From Patescibacteria group bacterium (GTDB lineage: Bacteria > Patescibacteriota > Microgenomatia > UBA10105 > UBA927): DNA of 64,000 nt. Shown in pieces: positions 11,363 to 21,915 of the stretch. The notes under the pieces are model-generated. The model did not search any database. It had not been told where the DNA came from and worked only from the letters and a program-made list of their open reading frames with translations. Position 1 is the first letter of the stretch, and the number at the start of each line of letters is the position of its first letter. Both the position numbers and the translations under genes were made by a program. The stretch spans positions 69,092-133,091 of the forward strand of contig JAMCTH010000009.1 of NCBI GenBank assembly GCA_023379025.1, read 5' to 3'.

Positions 11363-13686
11363 ACCCAGTTAGCGATCTCCGGCGGATCCACGCCGTGTTC
11401 CTTGATGTACCCCCGGTGATCGGACAGAATGGTCCGACACGCTGCAATTTCCGCCTCTGCCCGCTTCCGGTCGATTTTCCCCTGCGCGAGGGCAAGGGAA
11501 ACTATTTCGATCGCCAGCTGATACCGGCTGGTATTGTTTCTGACCTGCATGTCAAACGGTGTCGTCAGGGAACCGTTTTCTATGTACCCGTGGACGGAAA
11601 ACCGCTCCGGGAGCTTATGTCCCAGGATGTAGGGCTTGAGAGTCTCCGGATTGCCGTGGAAATTGACGATGACCGGACGGTCCGCGGTCAGAAAGCCGTC
11701 AAAATCATGGTACGTCGTCCCGTAATCGGAAGATGCCGCAAGTGCCAGTACGTTTATGACATCGACGCACCGGAGGCGTATCCCGGGAATTCTCGATTTT
11801 ACATAATCGATCGTTGCCAGGACTTCTTTCATCATGTAGTCCCCGATACCGACGAGAACGATGTCGGGGTCGGGATCGCTCGCAAACTCCCATGTCATCA
11901 TGCCCCGGGAAAATTCCTGTTCCGCTTCCCCGATCGTGAGCCAGCGCGGTTCGTACGTTTTGCCGCAGACGATGACATTTATGCCGTTCGTGCGTTCAAG
12001 ACTGTGTTTAAGGCAGACCAGCGCCATGTTGCCGTCTGCCGGAAAATAGATATTGATGAACCCTCCCTGCTTCTCGAGAAGATCCCCGATGATCCCCGGG
12101 TTCTGGTGGGAAAACCCGTTATGCTCCTGCCGCCAGCCCGAGGACGTCAGGATGATGTTGAGGGAGGAAACTTCGCCTCTCCAGGGCGTTTCCCGGAGGA
12201 CTTTGATAAACTTTGCATACTGGTCCACCATGCTCCCGACGATCTGGACAAACGCCTCGTAAGACGCAAACAATCCGTGCCTGCCGCTTAAGATATACCC
12301 TTCAAGCATGCCGGTCAGAGCATGTTCACTGAGCATTTCTATGACGCGCCCGGTCGGCGCCAGATTTTTGTCCCAGCTCATGAGCGGCCAGACGAATTGT
12401 CTCGCCGTTGCCTCAAATACCCCGTCGAGCTTGTTTGAGTAGATTTCATCCGGTGAAAACAGCCGGAAATTTTTTTCTGCCTCGTTTTTCCGGAACACTT
12501 CCGTCAGGTATTTGCCGATCCTCCTCATGCTGCTTGATCCCAAAACGCCGGGGTGGGATACCTCCTCTGCGCAGCTTGCCGGGTCCGGCAGGACAAGCGG
12601 CGTTCTTATGGTGCCGCCGTTGCCGTGTCTGTTTTCTCCGATCCGCAGTCCTTCCGGCGGTACAAGGCCCAGGATATCGGGCACAAAGCCGTGCTCCGGG
12701 TCATACAGCTCAGGAAAATTATACGAACGCATCCACTTCTCAAGTGCCGCAAGTTCGACGGGATCGGATTTTGCCTTGGGTACGACAATCTGATGCGCGA
12801 GATTATTGCCTTCGATTTTCTCCCCGTGGAGCTCTTTAATGCCGGTCCATCCCTTCAGGGTCCGGAGTATGATCATGGGATATCTCGGGGCAACAAGCCT
12901 CCTTCCGGCCTTTGCCTGCTCTTTTACCCCGCGGATCTCCTCGTAACAGATGTCGAGGGCATCGATCATGGTTTCATAGATGGTCGTGTCGTCGCCGTCA
13001 ACGATGTGCGGGTTGTACCCATACCCGTAAAACAGCGAAATCAGCTCTTCGTCGCTCATCCGGCCGAAAATCGTCGGACCGGAAATTTTATACCCGTTCA
13101 GGTGGAGCATCGGCAGCACCGTGCCGCAGGTCGTCGGATCCATGAATTTATTAAGGTGCCACGATGTCGCCATCGGTCCGGTCTCCGCTTCTCCGTCGCC
13201 GACAAGAACAACCGTCAGAAGATCCGGGTTATCGAGTACCGTGCCGTATGCCGTAGAAAGGGAATAGCCGAGCTCCCCGCCTTCCAGAACGACTCCGGGA
13301 GTCGTCGGATTGCTGTGGCTCTGGAATCCATACGGCCAGCTGAAATTTTTGGATAAGTAGGCGATGCCTTCCGGCGTCCGGGTCGCCTGGGGATAGAATT
13401 TCTCAAGTGTCCCTTCAAGGAACAGGTTTGCCTGGATAGCGGCAAACCCGTGCCCCGGCCCCAGGATAAAAAGTACCTGCTGCCGGTATTTTTGGATAAG
13501 GTAGTTGAGATTGGCATAGACGAAATTGACGCCCGGGCACGTCCCCCAGTGCCCGATGAGCCTGGGTTTTATATCGTCAAACGTGAGGGGACGGGCAAGA
13601 AGATAATTATCCAGAAGATGTATCTGGGTAACCGTCAGGTAGTTTGCGGCACGGACATACTTCCGGATGATATCTGCGGGTGTCAT
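11338..13686 (-). CDS. xfp: Phosphoketolase (xylulose-5-P/fructose-6-P)
   Basis: GHWGTCPG, EGGELGY, GDGEAETGP, LHLNGYKI, QEHNGFSHQ. Confidence 0.96.
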   Translation of the reverse strand: MTPADIIRKYVRAANYLTVTQIHLLDNYLLARPLTFDDIKPRLIGHWGTCPGVNFVYANLNYLIQKYRQQVLFILGPGHGFAAIQANLFLEGTLEKFYPQATRTPEGIAYLSKNFSWPYGFQSHSNPTTPGVVLEGGELGYSLSTAYGTVLDNPDLLTVVLVGDGEAETGPMATSWHLNKFMDPTTCGTVLPMLHLNGYKISGPTIFGRMSDEELISLFYGYGYNPHIVDGDDTTIYETMIDALDICYEEIRGVKEQAKAGRRLVAPRYPMIILRTLKGWTGIKELHGEKIEGNNLAHQIVVPKAKSDPVELAALEKWMRSYNFPELYDPEHGFVPDILGLVPPEGLRIGENRHGNGGTIRTPLVLPDPASCAEEVSHPGVLGSSSMRRIGKYLTEVFRKNEAEKNFRLFSPDEIYSNKLDGVFEATARQFVWPLMSWDKNLAPTGRVIEMLSEHALTGMLEGYILSGRHGLFASYEAFVQIVGSMVDQYAKFIKVLRETPWRGEVSSLNIILTSSGWRQEHNGFSHQNPGIIGDLLEKQGGFINIYFPADGNMALVCLKHSLERTNGINVIVCGKTYEPRWLTIGEAEQEFSRGMMTWEFASDPDPDIVLVGIGDYMMKEVLATIDYVKSRIPGIRLRCVDVINVLALAASSDYGTTYHDFDGFLTADRPVIVNFHGNPETLKPYILGHKLPERFSVHGYIENGSLTTPFDMQVRNNTSRYQLAIEIVSLALAQGKIDRKRAEAEIAACRTILSDHRGYIKEHGVDPPEIANWVWKKSSSS

Positions 13687-13756
13687 AAGCCGGTGAGGTA
13701 TAAAACGGTACTCTTCTTCTATACTATCACGTTTGCCCGGGTCAAAAAGGAAACAC

Positions 13757-14425
13757 TTACCCGGATGTCTTTTTCACTGCCGTTTCCAGCGCTTTTTTTA
13801 CCGCCGTCCGGAAATCATCAATGGCCGCGGGGTTATCCAGTTTCACGCCGTTGAGGTAAAATGTCGGGGTTGCGTCGACGCCGAGCGCTGTCGCGTCGGA
13901 TACGTCGCGGTCAATCATGGCGGAGACTGCCTGTGACGCGACATCTTTTTTATAGTGATCCATATTCAACCCGAGGGTTTTTGCATACCCTTCAAATATG
14001 GCCGCTGCGTCCGGACTGTCACTCCACTTTACCTGATTTGTGTAGATCAGGTCGTGCATCTGCCAGAATTTCCCCTGCCGTCCTGCGGCCTCGGCTGCAT
14101 ACGCCGCCGGTTTGGCATTGGGGTGCTGGTCGAGCGGGAAGTTCCGGAAAACGAAATTGAGTTTTCCGGTAAATTCGGAGACCACCTGTTTAACCACCGG
14201 ATAATATGCCCCGCATGCCGGACACTGATAATCGGCAAACTCAACCAGCGTCGCGCGCGCGGACGGCGAGGAAATCTTTTCGCTGTCGCTGCGGACGAGA
14301 AGCGTCCGGTCTGCCGCCGGAGTGGCGGATTGCCCGGCGGGACTGCTGAAGAAAAACACGGCGGCTCCGACGATCACGAGGATTGCGGCGACAAAACCCA
14401 GAAATAATTTTGTCTCTCCCTTCAT
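13757..14425 (-). CDS. DsbA-family thiol-disulfide oxidoreductase
   Basis: N-terminal TM, EFADYQCPAC, FRNFPL, GVDATPTF. Confidence 0.92.
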   Translation of the reverse strand: MKGETKLFLGFVAAILVIVGAAVFFFSSPAGQSATPAADRTLLVRSDSEKISSPSARATLVEFADYQCPACGAYYPVVKQVVSEFTGKLNFVFRNFPLDQHPNAKPAAYAAEAAGRQGKFWQMHDLIYTNQVKWSDSPDAAAIFEGYAKTLGLNMDHYKKDVASQAVSAMIDRDVSDATALGVDATPTFYLNGVKLDNPAAIDDFRTAVKKALETAVKKTSG

Positions 14426-14526
14426 AGTCTCGCGGTCAATGCTTCGATACTACTACAAAAATCCCTTGGGTACCACCATGGAATTATTGCCCGAAAACCG
14501 CCGGTCCCGTATAATGGGCAACGTCT

Positions 14527-15252
14527 ATGCTTCCCATACTTTTCGCGTTCTGCACATTCTGTTCGACGTTTCTCGGCGGGCTCTTCAGTCTCCGGTACCG
14601 GAAGAAGATGCACCTCATCCTCGGGTTTACCTCGGGAGTGCTTCTGGCAGTCGTATCGTTCGACATCCTTCCGGAAATTATTTCGCTCGTCGGGCGGCTT
14701 CATATGGAGCCGATCCAACCCATGCTCGCGCTTGTCGTAGGATTTCTCCTCTTCCATATCCTCGAAAAACTTCTCCTCATCCATCACAGCCACGAGCAGG
14801 AATATGTTGCCCACACGCATCCCTCTGTCGGGAAACTCTCCGCCCTTGCCCTTTCGGCGCATTCATTTCTTGACGGCGTCGGCATAGGGCTTGGCTTCCA
14901 GGTGTCGGCTCCGATCGGCATACTGGTGGCGCTTGCCGTCATCTCCCATGACTTTTCCGACGGGCTCAATACCGTCTCCCTTGTCCTTGTCCATAAAAAT
15001 ACGGACCGGACAGCGCTGTATTTCCTGCTCCTGGACGCAGTGACGCCGACGCTCGGCGTCCTCTCCACCCTCCTCGTCCGCATCCCGGATACGGTACTTG
15101 TGCTCTATCTCGGTTTCTTCGCCGGGTTTCTTCTCTATATCGGCGCTTCGGACATCCTGCCGGAAGCACACAGCAAGCACTCCTCGGTCGGCACGATCCT
15201 CATGACTATTGCCGGGGTTCTCTTTATCTTTCTCGTGACGCGGGTGGTCTGA
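14527..15252 (+). CDS. ZIP family divalent metal transporter
   Basis: HSFLDG and HDFSDG motifs, His-rich loop, DILPEAH. Confidence 0.92.
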   Translation: MLPILFAFCTFCSTFLGGLFSLRYRKKMHLILGFTSGVLLAVVSFDILPEIISLVGRLHMEPIQPMLALVVGFLLFHILEKLLLIHHSHEQEYVAHTHPSVGKLSALALSAHSFLDGVGIGLGFQVSAPIGILVALAVISHDFSDGLNTVSLVLVHKNTDRTALYFLLLDAVTPTLGVLSTLLVRIPDTVLVLYLGFFAGFLLYIGASDILPEAHSKHSSVGTILMTIAGVLFIFLVTRVV

Positions 15253-15700
15253 GGACCATCGTGGCGGCATCAGGAAGCAGTAGCCGCCGATCCCGTCCAT
15301 CCCCTCTCCTGCCTCTGCTGCCCTGCCCGGAAAAAACGGCGAGATGGTCTTCCGGCGTCCAGCCCGGACGGGATTCACACCGGAACCGCGTTCCCTTGCC
15401 GCTTGCCCAATGCACAATACCCGGACGGATGGTCACAGACTCGCGCGGCCCCAGATGCCGCCGTTTTCCTCCGAGGTAGACATCCATTTCCCCTTTTTCT
15501 GCCGTATAGCGTTCCGTTGTCTTCCTGTGGATATGCGGCGCGCTTCTGTCAAGATATCCTATCACCACAGAGTATTCTGGATGTTCGGCGGCCGGTTCCG
15601 TCTCACAGAGGATTTCCGTCGGATTAGCCGCAGGGTTTTTGATAATCCGCTTACCCGGAAATCCTTTCGTCAATGCAGCGATAATTCGACCACTATCCAT
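15224..15700 (-). CDS. Cupin-domain protein
   Basis: PHIHRKTTERY...IRPGIVHWA cupin motifs. Confidence 0.75.
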   Translation of the reverse strand: MDSGRIIAALTKGFPGKRIIKNPAANPTEILCETEPAAEHPEYSVVIGYLDRSAPHIHRKTTERYTAEKGEMDVYLGGKRRHLGPRESVTIRPGIVHWASGKGTRFRCESRPGWTPEDHLAVFSGQGSRGRRGDGRDRRLLLPDAATMVLRPPASRER

Positions 15701-15704
15701 AGTC

Positions 15705-16262
15705 TTATGATAGGGATTTCAAATAATACGCGATGTGGAGAAACGGCAGACCGAATGCACGATCGTTATAAAACCGTTTATCGTATATCCGTAGCTTCAT
15801 TCGACGGAATATTTGTTCCCATTCCACATCAGTTTTGTATGACCTCCAGAAGCACCGGAACCTACAATTCCCTATGGTATCAATTACAACCGTCCGGTAT
15901 TTTTCCCATCGCGTCCTATATGTCGTCTCTATGATAATCAGTTCTCTGGAGACTCTTACTGCTTCTCCCAGCACGCTGTCGGGATATTGAGCATGATGGA
16001 GAACAGTGCAGAGGATCGCCTGATCAAATGACTTATCGGCAAACGGCAGAGTTTTTCCGTCGTAGATCGTTATATCGGAAATTATTCTTCCCAACCGATA
16101 ATCAGAAACATCCACAGGTGTCAAGCGGAACCCGATATCCCGAAGAAGGAGTGTCATTCCGCCTCTGCCGCAACCGACATCAATAATGTTCGAGCCTGAA
16201 TGGAGGAACCTTCGTATTCGAGCCGCCATGAGTCGGTCGCGTGACGTTACTCCTCGCATCAT
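15705..16262 (-). CDS. Class I SAM-dependent methyltransferase
   Basis: IIDVGCGRG, LPFADKSFD, VLHH. Confidence 0.9.
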   Translation of the reverse strand: MMRGVTSRDRLMAARIRRFLHSGSNIIDVGCGRGGMTLLLRDIGFRLTPVDVSDYRLGRIISDITIYDGKTLPFADKSFDQAILCTVLHHAQYPDSVLGEAVRVSRELIIIETTYRTRWEKYRTVVIDTIGNCRFRCFWRSYKTDVEWEQIFRRMKLRIYDKRFYNDRAFGLPFLHIAYYLKSLS

Positions 16263-16278
16263 GTGGGTCATTGTACCA

Positions 16279-16308
16279 TAAAAAAAGAGCGCTCCCGGGC
16301 GCGCTCTT
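16279..16308 (-). terminator. Rho-independent terminator candidate
   Basis: GAGCGC...GCGCTC hairpin followed by a T run on the minus strand, downstream of the 16335-16838 ORF. Confidence 0.6.
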
Positions 16309-16334
16309 ATATATGATGTATGGAGAGGCTATCC

Positions 16335-16838
16335 CTACTGCACGGTTCCGTCGGCGCCGACGATCACGCAGTAATCATCGCGGTAATTGAGGTCTTTATC
16401 CGTATCCGGCTGATCGTCGCCGCGCGTCTGCTCTATATAATATAAGGTTTGTCCCGGAGTGATGGTATAGTCCTGCTTCTCGTTTTCCGAATCCTTCGGA
16501 GTAAGCATCACGGTCTCTGAGCCATCACTTCCGGTTGCCGTCGTCATGGTGAATCCGGTCATCGCCGCGGCTGCCGCAGCTGTCATGGTGCCCGGGGCTA
16601 TCGCATATGCATAGCGCAAAAGCGGCGACGTTTTAAATTCCATCCCTTTCGTAAGTATCATCTGCCGTCCGCCCCTGGAATTTGGCCCTGCCGGAGGGAG
16701 CGCGGAGGAAGCACCATGACGCTCGGCCGTTTCTTCAGGCGGCAGACGGCCGGCAATTTTCCCGCGGAAAATAGACGCAGTCTCAAGGACAACAATAACG
16801 ACAAGGACCAGAAGAGCAAACGATTGGATATTTTTCAT
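16335..16838 (-). CDS. Hypothetical membrane-anchored/secreted protein
   Basis: N-terminal hydrophobic helix; no recognised domain. Confidence 0.7.
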   Translation of the reverse strand: MKNIQSFALLVLVVIVVLETASIFRGKIAGRLPPEETAERHGASSALPPAGPNSRGGRQMILTKGMEFKTSPLLRYAYAIAPGTMTAAAAAAMTGFTMTTATGSDGSETVMLTPKDSENEKQDYTITPGQTLYYIEQTRGDDQPDTDKDLNYRDDYCVIVGADGTVQ

Positions 16839-16941
16839 AGAATCCCATTCTATCCCTGTTGTGAAATGTAAGCAAGATTACATTTCATCCCGCTTTCCCG
16901 TTCTCATCTCACTCTTTGGAAGTACCGCGTATAATACCTAT

Positions 16942-17460
16942 ATGAAGCTATCCGAAACGGAACAGGTGGAAGTATCCTGGATCATCGTCGCCTATAAACT
17001 CATCTCCGGCGCGTTCGAGCTTATCCTCGGAACCGGCATCGTCTTCTTCGGCAACCGGATGCTCGGGATGTATACCCGGTTCCGTAATGAAGAGCTTCTC
17101 GAGGATCCGCATGACCTCCTTGTGCGGGTTCTCGGATCCGTCGTCCCCATGCTGGTCGAATACCGTACGGCGATTACTATATTCCTTTTTATTCTCGGAG
17201 CGACCAAAATAATCGGCGCAATCGGACTCCTGAAAAAGAAAGAGTGGGGACTCGATCTTCTTATAGCCCTGTTTCTCATCCTTCTTCCCTTTGATCTTTA
17301 CAGTCTTGCTTTCCATTTTACCGTCGTCAAACTCCTGTATTTCATCGTCAATACGCTGATTGCCCTCTTTCTTATGGAATTCCGGCCGCACAAATATGTC
17401 GCGCGTCTCAAAAAGTATGTTCACAAACCGAAACGTGATGCTATAATGGAGGACATATGA
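16942..17460 (+). CDS. DUF2127-like membrane protein
   Basis: IVAYKLISGAFELILG, EDPHD, several TMs; TATAAT shortly before the ATG. Confidence 0.7.
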   Translation: MKLSETEQVEVSWIIVAYKLISGAFELILGTGIVFFGNRMLGMYTRFRNEELLEDPHDLLVRVLGSVVPMLVEYRTAITIFLFILGATKIIGAIGLLKKKEWGLDLLIALFLILLPFDLYSLAFHFTVVKLLYFIVNTLIALFLMEFRPHKYVARLKKYVHKPKRDAIMEDI

Positions 17461-18179
17461 AACATATATTCGGTAAAGACGGCGTTATCGTTCCTGTTTT
17501 GGTTACTCTTCTCGTGGCGGGCGCATTTTTCCTGGGGTCTCTCTATACCAAGGTGCAGATGCTGGAAAAAGGAACTCCGCAGGGGACGGCACAGGCGCCA
17601 ACTGCACCCGGACAGCCGGTTCCTTCCGCCGCACCGGCCAAAGTGTCCGTCGATATCGGCAAACTTCCGATCAAAGGAAACAAAAACGCCAAAGTCACCC
17701 TGATCGAATTCGCGGATTTCCGCTGCCCCTTCTGCGAACGGTTCTATACCCAGACCGAATCCCAGATCATGAAAGAATACGTGGATACCGGCAAGGTCAA
17801 ATTTGCCTTCCGCAACTATGCATTTCTGGGTCCGGCGTCGACGGTTGCCGCCAATGCAGCCGAATGCGCCAACGAGCAGAACAAATTCTGGGATATGTAT
17901 GAGTATTTTTACAAGAACCAGCCGCCGGAAACGGATACATCCATGTACACGACGGATACGCTTACAAAGGCAGCCGGGACGCTCGGCATGGATACGGCAA
18001 AATTCCGGTCCTGCCTGTCAGGGAACAAGTTTGACGCAAACGTCAACGGAGACTTTACCGCAGGGCAAAACGCCGGAGTGACCGGTACGCCCACGTTTTT
18101 CGTCAACGGCACCATGCTCGTGGGTGCACAGCCGTATTCCGCATTCAAGGCCGCAATCGACGCGGAACTGGCCAGGTGA
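17457..18179 (+). CDS. DsbA-family thiol-disulfide oxidoreductase
   Basis: EFADFRCPFC, GVTGTPTFFVNG, GAQPY. Confidence 0.92.
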   Translation: MKHIFGKDGVIVPVLVTLLVAGAFFLGSLYTKVQMLEKGTPQGTAQAPTAPGQPVPSAAPAKVSVDIGKLPIKGNKNAKVTLIEFADFRCPFCERFYTQTESQIMKEYVDTGKVKFAFRNYAFLGPASTVAANAAECANEQNKFWDMYEYFYKNQPPETDTSMYTTDTLTKAAGTLGMDTAKFRSCLSGNKFDANVNGDFTAGQNAGVTGTPTFFVNGTMLVGAQPYSAFKAAIDAELAR

Positions 18180-18186
18180 AGCGCGG

Positions 18187-20667
18187 TCATTCGGAACGCC
18201 GGACGGCACTCCGCACCGGTACAGGGAGGTGTATACGCCGGTAGATACACGGTACCTGATAGAGCAGTTTGCACGCTTCGACCACAAAAAACATCACGAC
18301 AGACAATGAAGCGGCGAGCACCCAGTAGAACGGCGGCAATGCCGTAACCCCGAAAAACGCCCTGAGTTCCGGCAGGAGAAACGGTACTACCTGAAGAATG
18401 AGCCCCGCCGCAACCGCACCGATGAGCCACCGGTTTTCGAACAGCTTTCCGCGCCAGAACGGCCGCATGAGAAGCCGGACGGAAAAGACATAGGAAAGCG
18501 AATTTAATCCGAGTATGATGAATGTCACGGAACGCGCCAGCTCCCGGTTTCCGGTCATGGACAAAACGGCGATAAATGATCCGAGCGCGAGTAGCCCTGC
18601 CACGACACTCACCAGGGAAATAAGCGTAAGCATGGCGTGGTTCACGATCGGCTCGCCCGTCGGTCGCGGATGTTCGCGCATGATACCGCCACGCGCGGGG
18701 TCAACGGTCAGCGAGAGTCCCGGAAACCCGTCAGAAACCAGATTGACCCACAGGATCTGAACGGCCGTCACGGGAAGCGGCAGCCCCAGAAGGATCCCTC
18801 CCAGAACGACGGCAATCTCCGCAAATGCATCGCTCATAAGGTACAGGATGACTTTCCGGATGTTTTCAAACATGGCGCGCCCTTCCTCCACCGCAGCGAT
18901 AATCGTCGCGAAGTTGGAGTCAAGGAGTACAAGGTCCGCGGATTCTTTGGCCACATCCGTCGCTTCTCCGACCACAATTCCGATATCCGCGCTATGAAGA
19001 GCCGGCGCATCGTTAACGCCGTCCCCCGTCATGGCGACGACTTCTCCGCGCTGTTTCAGCGCTTCGACGATACGCAGTTTCTGGTCCGGCGTCGTCCTGG
19101 CAAACAGCCGTACTGAATCGATCGTTTCGGCAAGCGCCTCTCCCGAGAGTTTCGCAAGTTCCGTGCCGGTTAGGAGTTCATCCTGCCGGACCGGGAGCCC
19201 CAGCTCCCGAAGAATATGGACCGATGTCGCCGGATAATCCCCGGTGATGACGACGGTCCTGATCCCTGCGGCATGGGCTTCTGCCAGGGCATCCTTTACC
19301 CCACCGCGGACCCGGTCCGAAAACGCGAGAAGCCCGACCCAGATTAAGCCGTTTTTGGCGTCATCCGGTCCGATATGCGTTGTATCCCCGCGGCATTCTT
19401 TCCGCGCAAAACCGATGGCGCGTTTTCCCGACTGCGTCAGCGCCTCTATCGTCCCGCGGATCTCCTCCTGCTCTTTCTGGGAAAGCGTCGTCCATCCGAG
19501 AAGCATTTCCGGAGCGCCGTTGACAAACAGCATGGTTTTTCCGTTTGTCCAGGTGTGGAGACTCGCAAAATAGCGGTTTTTTGACGTAAAGGGTATGCTG
19601 TCAAGCCGGTGGTTTCCCGTGGACGCGTCCGTCCTTTCTTTTCTTGCCCATTCGTAAGCGGCGATCACAATGGGATCATCAAGGTCATTGGCGAGTACCG
19701 CCTGAAGCGCCAGATGCCGAACATTTCCGACCGCATCAACGACCTGCATGGTCCCTTCGGTAAGCGTGCCCGTCTTATCTACACAGATGACGGTAACGGA
19801 TCCGAGCGTTTCTGCTGCAGTAAGACGCCGTACCAGTCCCCGGCGGGCCAATATTTTCTGCATTCCGATGGCAAGGATCACGGTCAGGGATACGAGTAAG
19901 CCTTCCGGGATAGCAGATACCGCAAGAGCGACCGACGTCACGAAGATGTCCGCGATGTTCACGCGGTGCAGGAGTCCCACCGCAAAAACCAGGACAGTCA
20001 GCCCGATGATGATCGTCACGAGCTGTCTGCTGAATCCCCGAAGCTGCCGCTCAAGCGGTGTCTCCGCTTCTTCCGTCTGGATTTCCCGGGCAATCGAACC
20101 CATTCTGGTCGCCGGCCCGATCGCACTTATCTTCATCGTCCCCTGCCCCGCCGACACCGTCGTGCCCATAAACACCTGTCCGTTCGCGTGCTTCTCCGCC
20201 GGCATGCTTTCGCCCGTCAGGACGGATTCTTCGATATACAGCCGGTTTACCTTCATGAGTATCCCGTCCGCCGGCACGCGTTCGCCGGGGTTCAGGAGTA
20301 CGATGTCTCCCGGCACGAGATGCCGTGCCGGAACCGTCTCCCGGCGACCTCCCCGGATGACGGTAACCGAATGCGTCAGGTAATGTTTGAGGGCGGCAAG
20401 GGCACGGCCCGCTTTCTGTTCCTGAAAAACGCCGAGGGCCGTATTGATGACCACGGCAACCAGGATTATGACCGCATCGGATAGGTGACCGATAAGGATG
20501 GTCACGCATGCGGCAGCAAGCAGGACATACACCAGGGGATTTTTCAGCTGGCCGAAGGCAAGTGCGATACTGCCCGGAGGTTTTTTTTCCGGGAATTCGT
20601 TTGCCCCGTAGAGCTGGCGAAACCTCCTGACATCATCATCGGACAAACCGGTGAATGTGTCGTTCAT
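18187..20667 (-). CDS. Cation-transporting P-type ATPase (P2A-like)
   Basis: TGES, PEGL, DKTGTLT, TGDGVNDAPAL. Confidence 0.95.
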   Translation of the reverse strand: MNDTFTGLSDDDVRRFRQLYGANEFPEKKPPGSIALAFGQLKNPLVYVLLAAACVTILIGHLSDAVIILVAVVINTALGVFQEQKAGRALAALKHYLTHSVTVIRGGRRETVPARHLVPGDIVLLNPGERVPADGILMKVNRLYIEESVLTGESMPAEKHANGQVFMGTTVSAGQGTMKISAIGPATRMGSIAREIQTEEAETPLERQLRGFSRQLVTIIIGLTVLVFAVGLLHRVNIADIFVTSVALAVSAIPEGLLVSLTVILAIGMQKILARRGLVRRLTAAETLGSVTVICVDKTGTLTEGTMQVVDAVGNVRHLALQAVLANDLDDPIVIAAYEWARKERTDASTGNHRLDSIPFTSKNRYFASLHTWTNGKTMLFVNGAPEMLLGWTTLSQKEQEEIRGTIEALTQSGKRAIGFARKECRGDTTHIGPDDAKNGLIWVGLLAFSDRVRGGVKDALAEAHAAGIRTVVITGDYPATSVHILRELGLPVRQDELLTGTELAKLSGEALAETIDSVRLFARTTPDQKLRIVEALKQRGEVVAMTGDGVNDAPALHSADIGIVVGEATDVAKESADLVLLDSNFATIIAAVEEGRAMFENIRKVILYLMSDAFAEIAVVLGGILLGLPLPVTAVQILWVNLVSDGFPGLSLTVDPARGGIMREHPRPTGEPIVNHAMLTLISLVSVVAGLLALGSFIAVLSMTGNRELARSVTFIILGLNSLSYVFSVRLLMRPFWRGKLFENRWLIGAVAAGLILQVVPFLLPELRAFFGVTALPPFYWVLAASLSVVMFFVVEACKLLYQVPCIYRRIHLPVPVRSAVRRSE

Positions 20668-20738
20668 AGCAGAAAAAGAACCGGCTTCCGATCAATATCC
20701 GACCGGCAGAGAGAGAATCGTCCGGCAATCCTACCGGA

Positions 20739-20984
20739 TTACTTCGTCAGGTTCTGATACACCCAGACCACGATATAGGTGCCGACCGCCGCATCCAGAA
20801 ACCCGTACATAAGCCCTATGACACTGCCTCCGGGTGTCAGTTGATATCCCGGATAGATACTTGTAAATACGCTGAAAAACGCAGTACCGTACCCGATAAA
20901 TACGGACGCAAGCGTCCCGAGAAATACCGTCAACCCCCATACGATACCCGCAGTCAGTGCCGCGCGCCGAATAGATTTCTTCAC
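20739..20984 (-). CDS. Small membrane protein (holin-like annotation family)
   Basis: 81 aa, hydrophobic, SIYPGY...G..YGFLD motif; SD GGAGGTGAG upstream. Confidence 0.65.
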   Translation of the reverse strand: MKKSIRRAALTAGIVWGLTVFLGTLASVFIGYGTAFFSVFTSIYPGYQLTPGGSVIGLMYGFLDAAVGTYIVVWVYQNLTK

Positions 20985-21048
20985 ACTGCCTCACCTCCCC
21001 TCCTTCCAGCCTACCGCGGAAGGAACACCCGGGTCAACCACCCCGCCT

Positions 21049-21915
21049 TTAGATACTTACGGCAGAAAGCGCCGCAATACCGGCAATCGTGAGGAGGATG
21101 CCAATAATCTGCCGTTTCCCGAGCGGATCTTTCAGGAAAAGAAACGCGAGAAGGATGAAAAGGGTTGGGTTGGCGCCGGCTATGGGCGCAACCACGGCAA
21201 CCGCTCCGTGGCTGATACCGAAGTTATAGGCAAATTCCGCGATCCGGACAAGGACGGTCGAGATAAGAAACGGCACGAAAAACCCCCTACTCGTCAGCGG
21301 TTCCAGCCGTTCGTGCCGCCTCCGCATCACAAGAAAAATGACCGGAAATGTCAGGAACGAAAGGTAGTTCGGCCAGAACCAGCCGACCCGGACGACCAAT
21401 ATTTTTATGAGCGCGTACCACGTTCCCCACACCATCATGGTCAGGAATGCAAGGGCCACGCCGCGGGTCAGAAACGCCTTTCTTCTCCCAAGCGCCTCCG
21501 GTTCCACCGTGGAAATGAAGATGCCGGAAAATACCAGGCCTATGGCCAGAAGCTGCATGCCGGTAATCCGCTCCCCGAACAGCAGCACCGACAGGAGAAC
21601 CGTCACGATCGGAAACGAGGAAGCGATCGTTCCGACGAGTGCACGGTTTTCTATCTGGAGTGCTTCGTAATAGGATATAATCCCGAAAAGCATGCCGCCT
21701 GCTCCAAGCGCGATATTCAGTGCAAGGAGCGGGACGGTATAGGCAAAAAGGTCTTTCCACGCAAACGGGATATACCACCCGGTCAGGATGAGGCTTGCCG
21801 CAAAGCCCCACACCGCAAACGACAGCGGCTTGATACGCCGGGCGGCAATCGTCTCGGCAAAAACCCCGGACCCCCAACCAAAATACGCAATGATGGCAAA
21901 CATTATGGCTTCCAT
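21049..21915 (-). CDS. EamA/DMT family transporter
   Basis: About 10 TM helices in two repeats; LFGERIT and FLKDPL ends. Confidence 0.88.
   Translation of the reverse strand: MEAIMFAIIAYFGWGSGVFAETIAARRIKPLSFAVWGFAASLILTGWYIPFAWKDLFAYTVPLLALNIALGAGGMLFGIISYYEALQIENRALVGTIASSFPIVTVLLSVLLFGERITGMQLLAIGLVFSGIFISTVEPEALGRRKAFLTRGVALAFLTMMVWGTWYALIKILVVRVGWFWPNYLSFLTFPVIFLVMRRRHERLEPLTSRGFFVPFLISTVLVRIAEFAYNFGISHGAVAVVAPIAGANPTLFILLAFLFLKDPLGKRQIIGILLTIAGIAALSAVSI

Noticed and set aside
20739-20984. Holin-like gene as evidence of a prophage
   Set aside because: No endolysin, structural, terminase or integrase genes nearby.
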